From contig DUVQ01000103.1 in the NCBI GenBank assembly GCA_012840965.1, forward strand, positions 291-64,290: a stretch of DNA of 64,000 bases, read 5' to 3'. A model generated the notes under the pieces. The model did no database searches. It was not told where the DNA came from and saw only the letters and a program-made list of their open reading frames with translations. Of the stretch, positions 20,000 through 30,130 are shown in pieces (the stretch's first letter is position 1; every line of letters begins with the position of its first letter). The translations under genes and the position numbers were made by a program. The stretch comes from Oligoflexales bacterium (GTDB lineage Bacteria > Myxococcota_A > UBA9042 > DTJE01).

Positions 20000-20941
20000 A
20001 TGCTTTGGAAAGGTGTTCAGTGGAGGTCTCTTCTGGCGGCATTTCCGTTATTAGCGCTGGTACTTCTTTTTTCGTTCCCAGCTAATGCGGATAAACCCAT
20101 AGATATTCGTGTGTTGCGCGTGTCGGGCGCTGGTTTAAGCCCTGATGCCGCTGAAATGCTCACTGAGGCGGTTTTGGCAAAAATTGCCCAAAACTCCAAG
20201 TATCGAGCCCTGCCGGTGCCTGCAGAGGATCCCATCGACATGATGATTGATGCCGGTTGTATCGACTTCGATGCGGAGTGTCTGGTTAAGCTGGCCGGCG
20301 GCGCCGACATGGTTCTATACACCGAGGTTTTTGAGCGTAATGGTGCCCAGGCCATCAACCTACGTTTGGTGGAAGTTGAGACACTTAAGGTTCAAAATCC
20401 AGAAGGTGAGGTGCAAGACCAGGCCAGGGTCGCTGACTTTTTGAGCACCGCGCTTGAGCGAATTTTGGGGCCAGAGCCCGAAAAAACCCCTGGTCCAGTT
20501 CGTGTTGACCTGTTGTCCACCCCACCAGGCGGTGAAGTATGGATCGATGGCGAGTTCATAGGCTTAACTCCTGTTGTTACCAAGCTAAAGCCTGGCACAT
20601 TCAAGCTGAGGGTTGCAAAGGCTGGCTTTGAAGAGTTCAAGGATTCGCTGGTCATCGAGCCTGGTAAGGCTGCCCAGTTGAATATGGCATTGGCCGCCAT
20701 TGAGGTTCCCATTGCAGATGTTGCCGCCGCTCCTGCCGAGAAAGAGCCCAAAAAGGAAGTAAAAACACCGGTTTATAAGAAGTGGTGGTTTTGGACGATC
20801 ATTGGGGCCGTCGTTGTTGGTGGCGCAACTACAGCCGGTGTGTTAGCCGGCCAGCAATCCGGAACTACCGGAAATAGCAGCGCCAGTTTTTCCCATGATC
20901 CCTTCATGGCTCCCCAGGATGTAACGATTTATCCTAGATAG
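20000..20941 (+). CDS. PEGA-domain protein with C-terminal TM anchor
   Basis: Signal peptide; STPPGGEVWIDGEFIGLTP..LKPG...LRVAKAGF; YKKWWFWT followed by a TM segment. Confidence 0.85.
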   Translation: MLWKGVQWRSLLAAFPLLALVLLFSFPANADKPIDIRVLRVSGAGLSPDAAEMLTEAVLAKIAQNSKYRALPVPAEDPIDMMIDAGCIDFDAECLVKLAGGADMVLYTEVFERNGAQAINLRLVEVETLKVQNPEGEVQDQARVADFLSTALERILGPEPEKTPGPVRVDLLSTPPGGEVWIDGEFIGLTPVVTKLKPGTFKLRVAKAGFEEFKDSLVIEPGKAAQLNMALAAIEVPIADVAAAPAEKEPKKEVKTPVYKKWWFWTIIGAVVVGGATTAGVLAGQQSGTTGNSSASFSHDPFMAPQDVTIYPR

Positions 20942-20951
20942 AGGTGTCGTA

Positions 20952-22838
20952 ATGAAAAGATTTTATGTATCAATTATTGTTGCGGCCTTCTTCAGCGTTT
21001 CATGCGCCGACGATGGGGCGTTTGTATCATTTCAAGGGCCGGAAGAATCTGAAAATGGCGTTTTGCAAATCGCTTTGGAAGGCCTAGAGGCTGAGTACTT
21101 CAAGATTCAGCTTTACCCAACCCTACCAACTACACCAGATGTCGAACCCTATTTTGCATCTGAATGCAGTCTGGCTAAACGTGGGTTTGGCTTAAACAGG
21201 CTTAAGACCGGTAAGGATTATGTCCTTGTATTCGAGGCGTTTTCGACTTCTAGCTGTCAGGCTGGTTCCAGAGTTGGCTACGGCGTTAGAGGCGGGATTG
21301 AAGTGTTTCCTGAGGGGGTTGGAAACGCGATCTACTACGTTAACGTGAACCGCTCTGGCGACATAACCCCGCTGCCTGTTCCTGGGCCAAGCTTGAGTGC
21401 GCCTAACCCGCCGATTTCCTGTGTGTCTGATGGTGACTGCCAGGAATTGATCGACTGCCCCGATCCGGCCGAATGTCGCTTTGTGCTGTCGGTTGCATGT
21501 GATAGCGACGAGTACTGTCCGGACGGGACCAAAACGATGCAGTATAAATTGCATCCAGCCGCGACTTGTAACCTGGGATTTTGCAGGCTGACCACTTTGT
21601 TTCCTTTAAATACCCAGACTGAAAGGGTTTTTCACCTGGCGGCTTCTTCCACCGAGGGTGACTTGTCTATCATCGGCGGCCTTGCTTCTTCAGGCATCAG
21701 GTCACTGGTGGCCAAATCGGGCACTTTTGACAAGCCTGACCTTGAGTCATTTTCCGCAAACACTGGTTTGTTCTCGCATCTCCAGTTTGATCGAGACCTA
21801 GGCAATTCCTTGGCTCTGTCCAGCACCACCATGGTTGGAGATAACCTGCTGATGATAGTGGGTGGAACGTCTGCTATCTCGGCCGACTTAGTTGGTGAAA
21901 GCATTGTCCCTTGGCCTTGGGCCAGCAAGTGCACACATACAGAATGCCAACTGTCTGAAAAAATGTGGCTGGTTGATTTGGATGCAGGCACGGCCAGCCA
22001 ATCGGAGCTTCCATTACCAATAGCCACAGGTCAGGTTGTACAAATCCCCAGCGTAGATGGCAAACCCAGGGTATTCATCAGATCCGGGCTGGTTCAATCG
22101 CTGGTTCAAAACGAGCTGCGTCCCGGTCGCGAGGCCTGGATATGCTCCATTGCCGACGACATGACCACGGATTGCACCCCTGTTGCAGAAACCAGCCAAC
22201 GTTCTGGTAGATACATGGCTACAGGCGTTTGTCTGACCGAAAATGACGACGGCACCTGCAGCGATTACCTGGTTCTTGGGGGTAACTCTGAAGGAACTTC
22301 GTTTGCGGAAGTTTTCTCGATTACTGAAGAAGGCCCTGTGATTTATCCATTGGTACCCTTAGAGGGCGTTCCAGACACCTTGTTTGGTGCCACGGCGGTT
22401 AACCTGAATGGTCAAATTTTGGTTATTGGTGGCGGCTCGGTGCACAGAAACGCAGACTCTGCTTTGCTGGTTTTCGACGTCAACCTTACCAATCGCACCA
22501 TTGCCGGCAGAGCAGTCTCTTTATCTGACAACCAGGAAAGCCAGCTTGAGCGGATTTTCCACACCGTTACTCCATTGGCTGGCGGCTGGGATCTGCTGGT
22601 CACCGGTGGTCTCAACGCCGACCTTAAGCCAACCAGATCTGCAACCCTCATCAGGGTTACCGAAGAAGGCATCTCCATTCTTAAGCAGTGGGAAGGGCTT
22701 GCTGTTCCTCGCGCTGGCCACACCGCTACAAGGCTTCGAGGTGGGCTGCTAAATGGTGGGATCGTCATTACAGGAGGCCTAAACTCACTGCTTGGCTCTC
22801 CTTCCTTCGCCGAGGGTGCTGAATTTTACCTGCCCTAA
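20952..22838 (+). CDS. Lipoprotein with Cys-rich module and Kelch/galactose-oxidase-like propeller
   Basis: Lipobox FSVSC; R.FH...IIGG, LVLGG, LVIGG, RIFHTVT..LLVTGG, PRAGHTATRL..VITGG. Confidence 0.75.
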   Translation: MKRFYVSIIVAAFFSVSCADDGAFVSFQGPEESENGVLQIALEGLEAEYFKIQLYPTLPTTPDVEPYFASECSLAKRGFGLNRLKTGKDYVLVFEAFSTSSCQAGSRVGYGVRGGIEVFPEGVGNAIYYVNVNRSGDITPLPVPGPSLSAPNPPISCVSDGDCQELIDCPDPAECRFVLSVACDSDEYCPDGTKTMQYKLHPAATCNLGFCRLTTLFPLNTQTERVFHLAASSTEGDLSIIGGLASSGIRSLVAKSGTFDKPDLESFSANTGLFSHLQFDRDLGNSLALSSTTMVGDNLLMIVGGTSAISADLVGESIVPWPWASKCTHTECQLSEKMWLVDLDAGTASQSELPLPIATGQVVQIPSVDGKPRVFIRSGLVQSLVQNELRPGREAWICSIADDMTTDCTPVAETSQRSGRYMATGVCLTENDDGTCSDYLVLGGNSEGTSFAEVFSITEEGPVIYPLVPLEGVPDTLFGATAVNLNGQILVIGGGSVHRNADSALLVFDVNLTNRTIAGRAVSLSDNQESQLERIFHTVTPLAGGWDLLVTGGLNADLKPTRSATLIRVTEEGISILKQWEGLAVPRAGHTATRLRGGLLNGGIVITGGLNSLLGSPSFAEGAEFYLP

Positions 22839-22844
22839 GGCTGC

Positions 22845-24848
22845 TTGCATTTCGCAACGATAAACACCTGGTGGATGTCAGTGAAAGGGCTACAAAGGCT
22901 CAAGGCGTTATTGGCGACTGAAAGTCACGATGTTACGGCCTGGGCTTTGGCGGTGTTCGCCATATCGGCGTTTGTGCTGTTGATCCTTAGTGTGCCCGGG
23001 ATTTATGTCAAAGATTCCGGTGAGTTGGTGGCCGCAATCCGAGGCATGGGAGTCCCCCATCCAACCGGTTTTTCGCTGTATTGCTTGACTGGCAAATTGT
23101 TTGACCTGCTTCCCTTTGGTGCCGGCGCATTTCGAGCCAACGCTTTTTCGGCTGTCAGCGCAGCAGGGGCCGCTACTCTGGCGTTTTTGTTGACCGTCGA
23201 ACTGGCTCGCATCCTTGGCATCAGGCCCAATTTGGTCGCGGCGCTTGTTTCCCCAATCGCTTTGATTGCCAGCCACTTGTTTTGGCAACACGCTACAACA
23301 ACCGAGGTCTACGCCTTTTCCCTTGCAGGCATGTTGCTTGCTTTTTTGGCTTGGGTTCGGGGCGCTTTTTTGCAAGACGCCAGGTGGCTTGCTGTCGGCG
23401 CTGTGGTTACAGGCCTTGGTGCAGGCGGCCATCTGACATGGCCCTTGTATGGAGCGATGGTTGGTTTCTCTGCTCTGATAGTCTATTTACGCAGTACCAA
23501 GCGCTTTAGCTTGGTTCCCATCCTGGTGTTGCTGGCCATTTTGGGAAGCCTGGTCAGTCTTTATCTTTTAGCCGTCGCAAATCGAGGCCCCTACATGAAC
23601 TGGGGAAGTCCTGCTGATCTAAAGGGTTTCCTTGCTCATTTGACCGGGTCTAGGATTCGTACATCGTTTCAAGACGAGCTTTCAGGCGTACCTTTGGGCC
23701 TTGTCTGGATAAACTTCAAACGCTCAGTTTTGACCCTTTCAGATGGAGCAATCGCCATCATTCCGGCCGCTTTGGCGGGTCTGGTGTTGCTGTTTATCAA
23801 ACGTCCATTTCTTGCTGTTGTCGCCTTTTGCCTACTATTGGCGGACCTGCTCTTTTCCGCTCGCATAAATCCTATGGGAATCGTTGATTGGCAGACCTTG
23901 CTGCCGTCCGCATCCTACTTGGCAATTTTAGCAGGGGTGGCAACTGTGGTGTTGTGGGACTACAAGTGGGGCAAAGTGCTTGTTTTTGCATCGATAGCTG
24001 CCGCTTTGGCCCAGTTCAGCGTTTCACCAATCGAACGCAGGATGGATCGGGTAACTGCTGCATCAGACATCGTTTGGGACTTTTTGGACGCTTTACCACC
24101 GTCTGCCACAGTATTTACCAGCAGCGACAACCTATCTTCCAGTTTGGCTGGCATCCAACTGGTTGAAACTGCAAGGCCAGACGTTTTGGTATTGGTCAAG
24201 CAGCACATGTCAGATGCCAAGTACACGGCGGCTCGCTTGGATCAGCATGGAGGGGCAAGCAATCGTGGGCGTCTGGTCGGTTCGTTTAAGGGCCAAGCCT
24301 TTGAAAGTGCATCGGAAACGCCTCAGGATGCAGTCATCAGGGCGTTGGCTGCGTCAAGTCAAGACGGTGCAGTGTGGTTTGAACTAGGGGAAGGCATGGT
24401 TGATCGCGCTGTCATGCCCAATCTGAAGCCAGATTTTCCTGCATTCAGGTACGTGGAAAGGCAGTCTAGCGACCAAGCTGATGAGGTGGCAGAAAGGGCC
24501 ATCGTCCACATTGAAAATGCCGACAGATGGGCTGCAGGCTGGTCTTCCAACTTCCTGACGCAACTTGGGATATGGGCTGTCTTCAAGAACAACAACGCTC
24601 AAGCGGCGCGTTACACGGCAATGGCCATCAAAGCAGAACCTGGAAACGCCAAGGCGCTGAACAACATGGCTGTAATTTTAAGGGCTGAAGGTGACTTTGA
24701 GAACGCGATCAAGTTCGCAAACCTGGCAGTCAAGGCAGATTCCTCCTATCAAAGAGGGTGGAAAACCTTGGCGAACACCGCGCAGATGGCTGGTGACAGT
24801 GAAACGTTTGAAAAAGCCCAACATGCGTTAAAGAGTTTTGAGCGCTGA
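22845..24848 (+). CDS. DUF2723/TMEM260-like GT-C membrane glycosyltransferase with C-terminal TPR
   Basis: DSGELVAA..GVPHPTGFSLY, EVYAF, many TM segments, YMNWG.P; TPR-like ALNNMAVIL. Confidence 0.8.
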   Translation: MHFATINTWWMSVKGLQRLKALLATESHDVTAWALAVFAISAFVLLILSVPGIYVKDSGELVAAIRGMGVPHPTGFSLYCLTGKLFDLLPFGAGAFRANAFSAVSAAGAATLAFLLTVELARILGIRPNLVAALVSPIALIASHLFWQHATTTEVYAFSLAGMLLAFLAWVRGAFLQDARWLAVGAVVTGLGAGGHLTWPLYGAMVGFSALIVYLRSTKRFSLVPILVLLAILGSLVSLYLLAVANRGPYMNWGSPADLKGFLAHLTGSRIRTSFQDELSGVPLGLVWINFKRSVLTLSDGAIAIIPAALAGLVLLFIKRPFLAVVAFCLLLADLLFSARINPMGIVDWQTLLPSASYLAILAGVATVVLWDYKWGKVLVFASIAAALAQFSVSPIERRMDRVTAASDIVWDFLDALPPSATVFTSSDNLSSSLAGIQLVETARPDVLVLVKQHMSDAKYTAARLDQHGGASNRGRLVGSFKGQAFESASETPQDAVIRALAASSQDGAVWFELGEGMVDRAVMPNLKPDFPAFRYVERQSSDQADEVAERAIVHIENADRWAAGWSSNFLTQLGIWAVFKNNNAQAARYTAMAIKAEPGNAKALNNMAVILRAEGDFENAIKFANLAVKADSSYQRGWKTLANTAQMAGDSETFEKAQHALKSFER

Positions 24849-24851
24849 TGT

Positions 24852-25940
24852 TTACTGTGTGCTGACCGGGGTCAGGTTTAGATACTCGCCAACGGCTTTT
24901 GCAACGATTTCATAGCCTTTTGATGACAGATGCTCTTCTTGCAAATACTGCGCTTCAAAGTCCTGCCAGCCATGGGTTTTAAGAACTTGTCGAAATTGCG
25001 GAAAAAGATCAATGCATTCCAGTTGATTCTGATTGCAGGTTTGTAAAAGCAATTCGTATTGTTTTTGGCCCCTGAGCCCCATGTCTTGTGTGGGATCCAA
25101 CTCAAATCGCCAGGGCATCAAAACGAAGATAGGTCGAGCGTTTTGCTTTTGTGCCTCACGTCTCATTTCTAATATCAACCACTCTCCAAGTTCGGCGATT
25201 GTTTCATCTGTTTCTGACGGTGAAGGGCGCAGCGAAATGTCTAGCAGCAACTTGGGAAGCGCAATTATCAACGGCAATTGGCGCTTTAAACGCTGCTGTC
25301 TTGTTGGTACCGGGCTGCCGGTAAGCGTCCATTTTTCATCGACCTTTTTAAACACCGGTTTGGCCCCTGAAAAGTGCCTAGTCGTTAATCGATCAAGGTC
25401 GTGAGTTATCAGGCCAACCAAGAGAACATCCGGACTGAATCTTTTCATCATTGTTTTGGCCTTAAGATAGACTTGGTCCAAGCCATATCCAGGAGTGCCA
25501 GCGTTTAACACCTCTACATTGTTGAAGCTTTTTTCCAGGTGCGCAGTGATGGTGCCCTAGTCGTCCGCACCAATCCCAAACATCATGGAATCTCCAACTG
25601 CCAGAATGCGAAGATTGGTGGGGTCTTTTGTCAAAGAACGTTCGCGTTCACTTCTAAGCCCATTGGAATCAGTTGAAATCATGCGTTGTTTGTTATCGAA
25701 ATTTTTGAAGTTGGGCTTTACATCGAAGCCAAGGTCAGGGTTGTGAATCAAGTATCTGGGCGAATCGACAGGCCCGTAAAGTGATGCGAATTCACAAAAC
25801 TCCCCGTAGGGCGCACAACCATGGAATCTAAAGAACTTCAAAAAGACCCAAGTGCCAGCTCGTGCCCCAAGCTCCACAAGCACCAAAATGGCCAGGATGG
25901 TGCCAAAAAACCTCAAGAATTTGTTGCTTTTTATGCTCAA
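24852..25940 (-). pseudogene. SGNH/GDSL hydrolase-family gene interrupted by an in-frame TAG (25557-25559)
   Basis: The two ORF-track pieces are in one frame: ...VGDSMMFGIGADD*GTITAHLEKSFNNVEVLNAGTPGYGLDQ...EEHLS.KGY. All SGNH blocks are otherwise present. Confidence 0.8.
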
Positions 25941-26098
25941 AACAACACCTCATCGTGAACCATGACCGCCACTAACATACATCGGTCTGGCAAAATGTAC
26001 CAACAGCTAGCTCCAACGTTTCCTTTTATCATCTGATTTTGGGGCAACGGCGCTCTTTTTTGATATACTGCCGCGCCTTTTCGGTACGGGGAGTTACC

Positions 26099-27418
26099 AT
26101 GAAGCCCACTGTGGCGCTGGTTGGGCGCCCAAACGTTGGAAAATCCACTCTGTTTAACAGGATTCTTGGTCGCAAAGCGGCAATTGTTGAAGATCTGCCT
26201 GGAGTTACCAGGGACCGCAACTATGCCGAAACAGACCATGCTGGTCGCGCCTTTGTAGTGGTCGACACCGGCGGATTTGAGCCTGATTCGGACGATGAGA
26301 TGCTGGTTCTGATGGCCAGCCAAGTGGAAATCGCGTTGGCCGAGGCGGACGCGATAGTCCTGGTCATGGATGGCAGGGCTGGCCTGACCGACGTTGACAA
26401 GGACATCTTTGAAAAGATCAGGCGAGCAGGCAGGCGGGTGTATTTGGCGGTCAACAAGATAGACTCTCCAAGCCTGATGCCTTTGCTTGCTGATTTTTAC
26501 ACCCTTGGTGCCGAGCATGTCTTTCCCATCACCGCCGAGGGTGGCAGCGGGGTCGCTGAACTACTGGAACAGATCCTTGAAGACACAGACGCTCCCCCAA
26601 TAACGCCCCCAGAGGCGGACGAAGGCTTGGGGCCTTGCCGCCTGACGATAGTTGGGCGCCCCAACGTAGGCAAATCCACGCTTTCCAACGCCATAATCGG
26701 CTACGAGCGCTTCTTGACCAGCGACGTCGCCGGCACCACCCGCGACTCGATTGACTCGTCCTTCACCGCCAACGGTCGCCAGTACATCTTGGTCGACACC
26801 GCCGGGGTCAGGCGCCGAAAGCGCGTAGAATCCGGCGTCGAGCGAATGAGCGTCGGCCGAGCCATGCAGGCCATAGACCGCGCCCACGTTGTGGCCCTTG
26901 TCTTTGATGCAACAGAAGGTTTGACCGACCAAGACAAAAAGCTGGCCTCTCTAATAACGGACCGAGGCCGCGGCCTGGTATTAGTAGCAAACAAATGGGA
27001 TTTAATGGCCGGAAAAGAATCAGCTGAGGCCTTCACCAAGCGGATTCGCAACGAAGCCTCGTTTTTGAGCTTTGCGCCCCTAATCCTGTTGTCAGCAAAA
27101 ACCGGCAAATCCACCCAACGCGTCCTACCCACCGTAGACAGAGTCTACACAAACCTATTTCGCAGGATAACCACCTCGGAACTAAACCGTTTTTACGAAC
27201 AGGTAATCCAAACTCATCCCCCCCACACCACCGGCACCAAAACAGTCCGAATCAAGTACCTGATGCAGGTCGATGTCAACCCCCCTGTAATCTTGCTCTA
27301 TCGCGGCGGCACGGGCTTGATACCCGACTCGTACCTGCGGTTCCTGACCAGAGAGATCCGCAAGCGCTGGGACTACGAAGGCGTGTCGCTGGTCCTGGCC
27401 CCTAAAGGGGCACGGTAG
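26099..27418 (+). CDS. der: Ribosome biogenesis GTPase Der/EngA
   Basis: Two GTPase domains (GRPNVGKST twice, DTGG/DTAG, NKID/NKWD) plus KH-like C-terminus. Start ATG 26099. Confidence 0.97.
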   Translation: MKPTVALVGRPNVGKSTLFNRILGRKAAIVEDLPGVTRDRNYAETDHAGRAFVVVDTGGFEPDSDDEMLVLMASQVEIALAEADAIVLVMDGRAGLTDVDKDIFEKIRRAGRRVYLAVNKIDSPSLMPLLADFYTLGAEHVFPITAEGGSGVAELLEQILEDTDAPPITPPEADEGLGPCRLTIVGRPNVGKSTLSNAIIGYERFLTSDVAGTTRDSIDSSFTANGRQYILVDTAGVRRRKRVESGVERMSVGRAMQAIDRAHVVALVFDATEGLTDQDKKLASLITDRGRGLVLVANKWDLMAGKESAEAFTKRIRNEASFLSFAPLILLSAKTGKSTQRVLPTVDRVYTNLFRRITTSELNRFYEQVIQTHPPHTTGTKTVRIKYLMQVDVNPPVILLYRGGTGLIPDSYLRFLTREIRKRWDYEGVSLVLAPKGAR

Positions 27419-27424
27419 TGCGCG

Positions 27425-27476
27425 GTAGGGCGGGGGCAGGGGGGGCGGAGCAGGGACGGGGCGGGGCTAGGGTCAG
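27425..27476. repeat. G-rich degenerate hexamer tract (GGGCAG/GGACGG/GGTCAG)
   Basis: ggtagggcgggggcagggggggcggagcagggacggggcggggctagggtcag directly after the der stop. Confidence 0.7.
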
Positions 27477-27547
27477 CATCTGGGACCACAGTGGTGGGTG
27501 AAATTGGTGCTTGCTTTGGGGTTTATAGTGTGCGATAAATCCGGGTC

Positions 27548-29419
27548 ATGAGAAAGCTAATTTCACAACTTTGTCTCTGGTTTGCCCTTTGCCTGGTCGG
27601 GTTGTTACCGGCTGCTAACACCAAAGCTCAATCCTCGGAGATTATCGCTGTCTTCGAGATTGAAAGGCGGGGAGTTCCTTTAAAAGCAGCCACGATGGCG
27701 AATCTAAACGACTACATGTATGGTCGTTTGGCATTTGCTGGTTTCAAACTCACCCCCCAAAGTCAAGTTCGAGAGCGCGTTGTCAGTCTCAAACGTGAGT
27801 CCCGCAAAGACTGTTATGACCAATCCTGCCAAATCGAACTTGGCAAGGCTGTATCCGCCCACAAATCATTATCCAGCCGGCTGATTAAAATTGGCGATGT
27901 GTGCTCGTTACAATCACAGATATACGACCTCAAAACAGAAACCACCGAAATGGGGGCCGAGGCGAAAGGCCCCTGCACTGAAAAGGGTATAGCGGCCTCC
28001 ATCGACCAAGTCGTTGCCATATTCAAAGGCGGCGTTGTAGCGCCAGCACAGCCAGTTCAAGATTTGGACAAAGGCGGTGGTTCAGCCAAGATCACCAGCT
28101 CGCCGTCTGGAGCCGAAGTGTGGCTCAACGATGAATTCATAGGCATAACACCCCATATAATCCCTGAAAAGCCGTCCGGTACCTACAAATTACGCCTTGA
28201 ATTACCCGACTATGTCTCCAACGAAGCGACTTTGGTGATCAAGAAGGGTAAAGAGACCATACATCACCGAGAATTGGCCTCTAATTGGGGAAAAATCAGC
28301 ATTTCAAGCTCCCCCACCGGCGCCACGGTTTATCTGGACGATGTACTGGTGCCAAATCTAACAACTCCCTGTGTTTTGGACCGCGTCGCTCCCGGAGTAC
28401 ACGTCGTCAAGTTTTTCCTTGCCGGCCACAGCGAGGGCACAGCAAGGACAAGCGTCATTCGCGGCAAGACAGCGTCAGTAGCAGCAAAACTAGAACCAAT
28501 GTGCGGTCGTTTGGTAGTGTCGTCCAGCTACGGCGGCGGCAGTAAGTGCGAAGGCAATCTAAAGATCGACGGCCAAATTGTAGGCCGCACTCCCTGGCAA
28601 GGAGACGTCTCAGCCGGCTCCCACACAGTCGAGGTACAGTGCCAAAACGGCAAGGCCAGCCAACAGGTTACAGTCGCGCACAATGGTCGTTCAGAGCTGA
28701 ACATTTTGATTGAAACCTGTCCTGGTGACTGGTGTTTGATTCCCGGTGGTAGTTCTAATATGGGGTCTAATGATGGCGATGATGACGAAAAGCCAGTTCA
28801 TCGAGTAACTGTACGAACGTTTGAAATGACAAAGACTCAGGTGACGGTCGAGCAGTACAAAGCTTGTGTTGATGCTGGTGTCTGCACAGCTCCTGATACT
28901 GGGGATTATTGTAACTGGGGCCAATCTGATCGTGGCAAGCATCCTATAAACTGCGTTGATTGGCACCAAGCTCAAGCCTATGCTAAGTGGGCTGGTGGTC
29001 GTTTACCCACAGAGGCAGAATGGGAGTACGCAGCCCGCAGTGGTGGTCGTGATTGGAAGTATCCTTGGGGCAATGAAAATGCTACTTGTGAGCGTGCTGT
29101 AATGTACGATGGTGATTTGGGTTGCGGCCGTGAAAGTACCTGGCCAGTTTGCAGCAAGCCGAGAGGCAACACTACTCACGGCTTGTGCGATATGGCAGGC
29201 AATGTTTGGGAGTGGGTTCAGGATTGGTACCATGACAGTTACAAAGGTGCACCAACTGATGGCTCAGCTTGGGAAAAGCCGACAGGCTCTAGCCGGGTTG
29301 ATCGCGGCGGTTCCTGGGGCAACGGCGCCGGGAGCGTGCGGGCGGCGATTCGCAACCACGCCTCGCCCGGCTACCGCCACGACACCCTCGGGTTTCGCCT
29401 TGCCAGAGATTCGCTGTAG
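27548..29419 (+). CDS. Secreted PEGA x2 + FGE-sulfatase (SUMF1/CLec-fold) protein, paralog 1
   Basis: Signal peptide; two PEGA domains (SSPSGAEVWLND, SSPTGATVYLDD); MGS..E.P.H.V, GRLPTEAEWEYAAR, DMAGNVWEWVQDWY, RGGSW...GFRLAR. Confidence 0.92.
   Translation: MRKLISQLCLWFALCLVGLLPAANTKAQSSEIIAVFEIERRGVPLKAATMANLNDYMYGRLAFAGFKLTPQSQVRERVVSLKRESRKDCYDQSCQIELGKAVSAHKSLSSRLIKIGDVCSLQSQIYDLKTETTEMGAEAKGPCTEKGIAASIDQVVAIFKGGVVAPAQPVQDLDKGGGSAKITSSPSGAEVWLNDEFIGITPHIIPEKPSGTYKLRLELPDYVSNEATLVIKKGKETIHHRELASNWGKISISSSPTGATVYLDDVLVPNLTTPCVLDRVAPGVHVVKFFLAGHSEGTARTSVIRGKTASVAAKLEPMCGRLVVSSSYGGGSKCEGNLKIDGQIVGRTPWQGDVSAGSHTVEVQCQNGKASQQVTVAHNGRSELNILIETCPGDWCLIPGGSSNMGSNDGDDDEKPVHRVTVRTFEMTKTQVTVEQYKACVDAGVCTAPDTGDYCNWGQSDRGKHPINCVDWHQAQAYAKWAGGRLPTEAEWEYAARSGGRDWKYPWGNENATCERAVMYDGDLGCGRESTWPVCSKPRGNTTHGLCDMAGNVWEWVQDWYHDSYKGAPTDGSAWEKPTGSSRVDRGGSWGNGAGSVRAAIRNHASPGYRHDTLGFRLARDSL
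29294..29407 (+). other. Candidate DGR variable region (VR)
   Basis: Abrupt shift to GC-rich codons. All 11 codons at positions where DGR templates carry AAC end in C, and they differ from AAC only at the A positions. Confidence 0.6.
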
Positions 29420-30130
29420 AACGGTAAAGAGTTGGGAATGAAAGAGTCCTACGATGAAGGTTTAGCGAGCCACATCGGCCCCGAGTCATGCGGGTATGAT
29501 GGTAACGTCATATTCGAAGCGTTGACAGGGGGAAATGCAGGCAGGGTATTGAGCCTCGAAATGGGCGGAATAGTTCTGAGCGCCGACGTACTCCGCGCAT
29601 ACGGAAGGCAACACTGGATACACCGCAAACGCGAGGTGTAACCGGGCTCGGCGGGGTCCTAGACCCCTTGCATGCATGGAAACTCTTTACACGGGATGCA
29701 GGAGGTCCCGGTCTTTGTCCACCGAGAGATTGCGCGGTGGACGGCACGGAAAACCCGTAAGGGGTACAGCCGTGAGGTACGAGACCGGGAAGTCGGACAG
29801 TTTCATAGTACCGGAGAATCACATGAACAAAGCAGCAACAGCATTGGAGGGAGCACAACGGGGGGAAGGACTTAGCCGGACATCCGCAGTTCCTGAACCG
29901 ACGTCAAAGGCTGTGGCGGAGTGTGAGGAGGGAAGGGAACTGGCCAAGGGGAATCCGGTAGGGCAATACAGGGACTGGACACAGAGCCGGTTCACCCTGC
30001 AAAGAGCGCTCGACTGGATACGGCAGGCCGCAAGTCTGCGCGTCTGACCCAAGGCAGGAGCCCGGTGCGGTAGTTCCGCACGCCGGGATCTGTGCGGGGG
30101 GTGGCCCGTAAGGGCCATTCCTACCGCGAC
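29408..30130 (+). mobile_element. ORF-less (RT-deleted) group II intron, IIB-like, 723 nt
   Basis: Domain V GAGCCCGGTGCGGTAGTTCCGCACGCCGGGATC at 30058 (AGC triad, AC bulge); domain VI ending CCTACCGCGAC with bulged A at -8; domain I-type blocks (GAAGGTTTAGCGAGCCACATCGGCCCCGAGTCATGCG, GGGAAGTCGGAC..ATAGTACC); only the N-terminal stub of the intron ORF remains (..GKSDSFIVPE..ELAKGN..TQSR..ALDWIRQAA-SLRV*). The 5' boundary is inferred. Confidence 0.88.

Noticed and set aside
25557-25559. Pyrrolysine recoding of the amber codon
   Set aside because: No pyl genes or supporting context in the window; a nonsense mutation or error is simpler.
29717-29742. Putative EBS1 hairpin (GTCCACCG-AGAGATTGCG-CGGTGGAC) as proof of the insertion site
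   Set aside because: The loop is not complementary to the inferred 5' exon end (GCCAGA). It shares AGAGATT with the junction in the same sense, which I cannot explain and treat as possible coincidence.
29432-30047. ORFs MGMKESYDEGLASHIGPESC... and METLYTGC... as protein genes
   Set aside because: They are translations of group II intron RNA domains and the stub of the deleted RT ORF; no RT motifs (YADD) remain.
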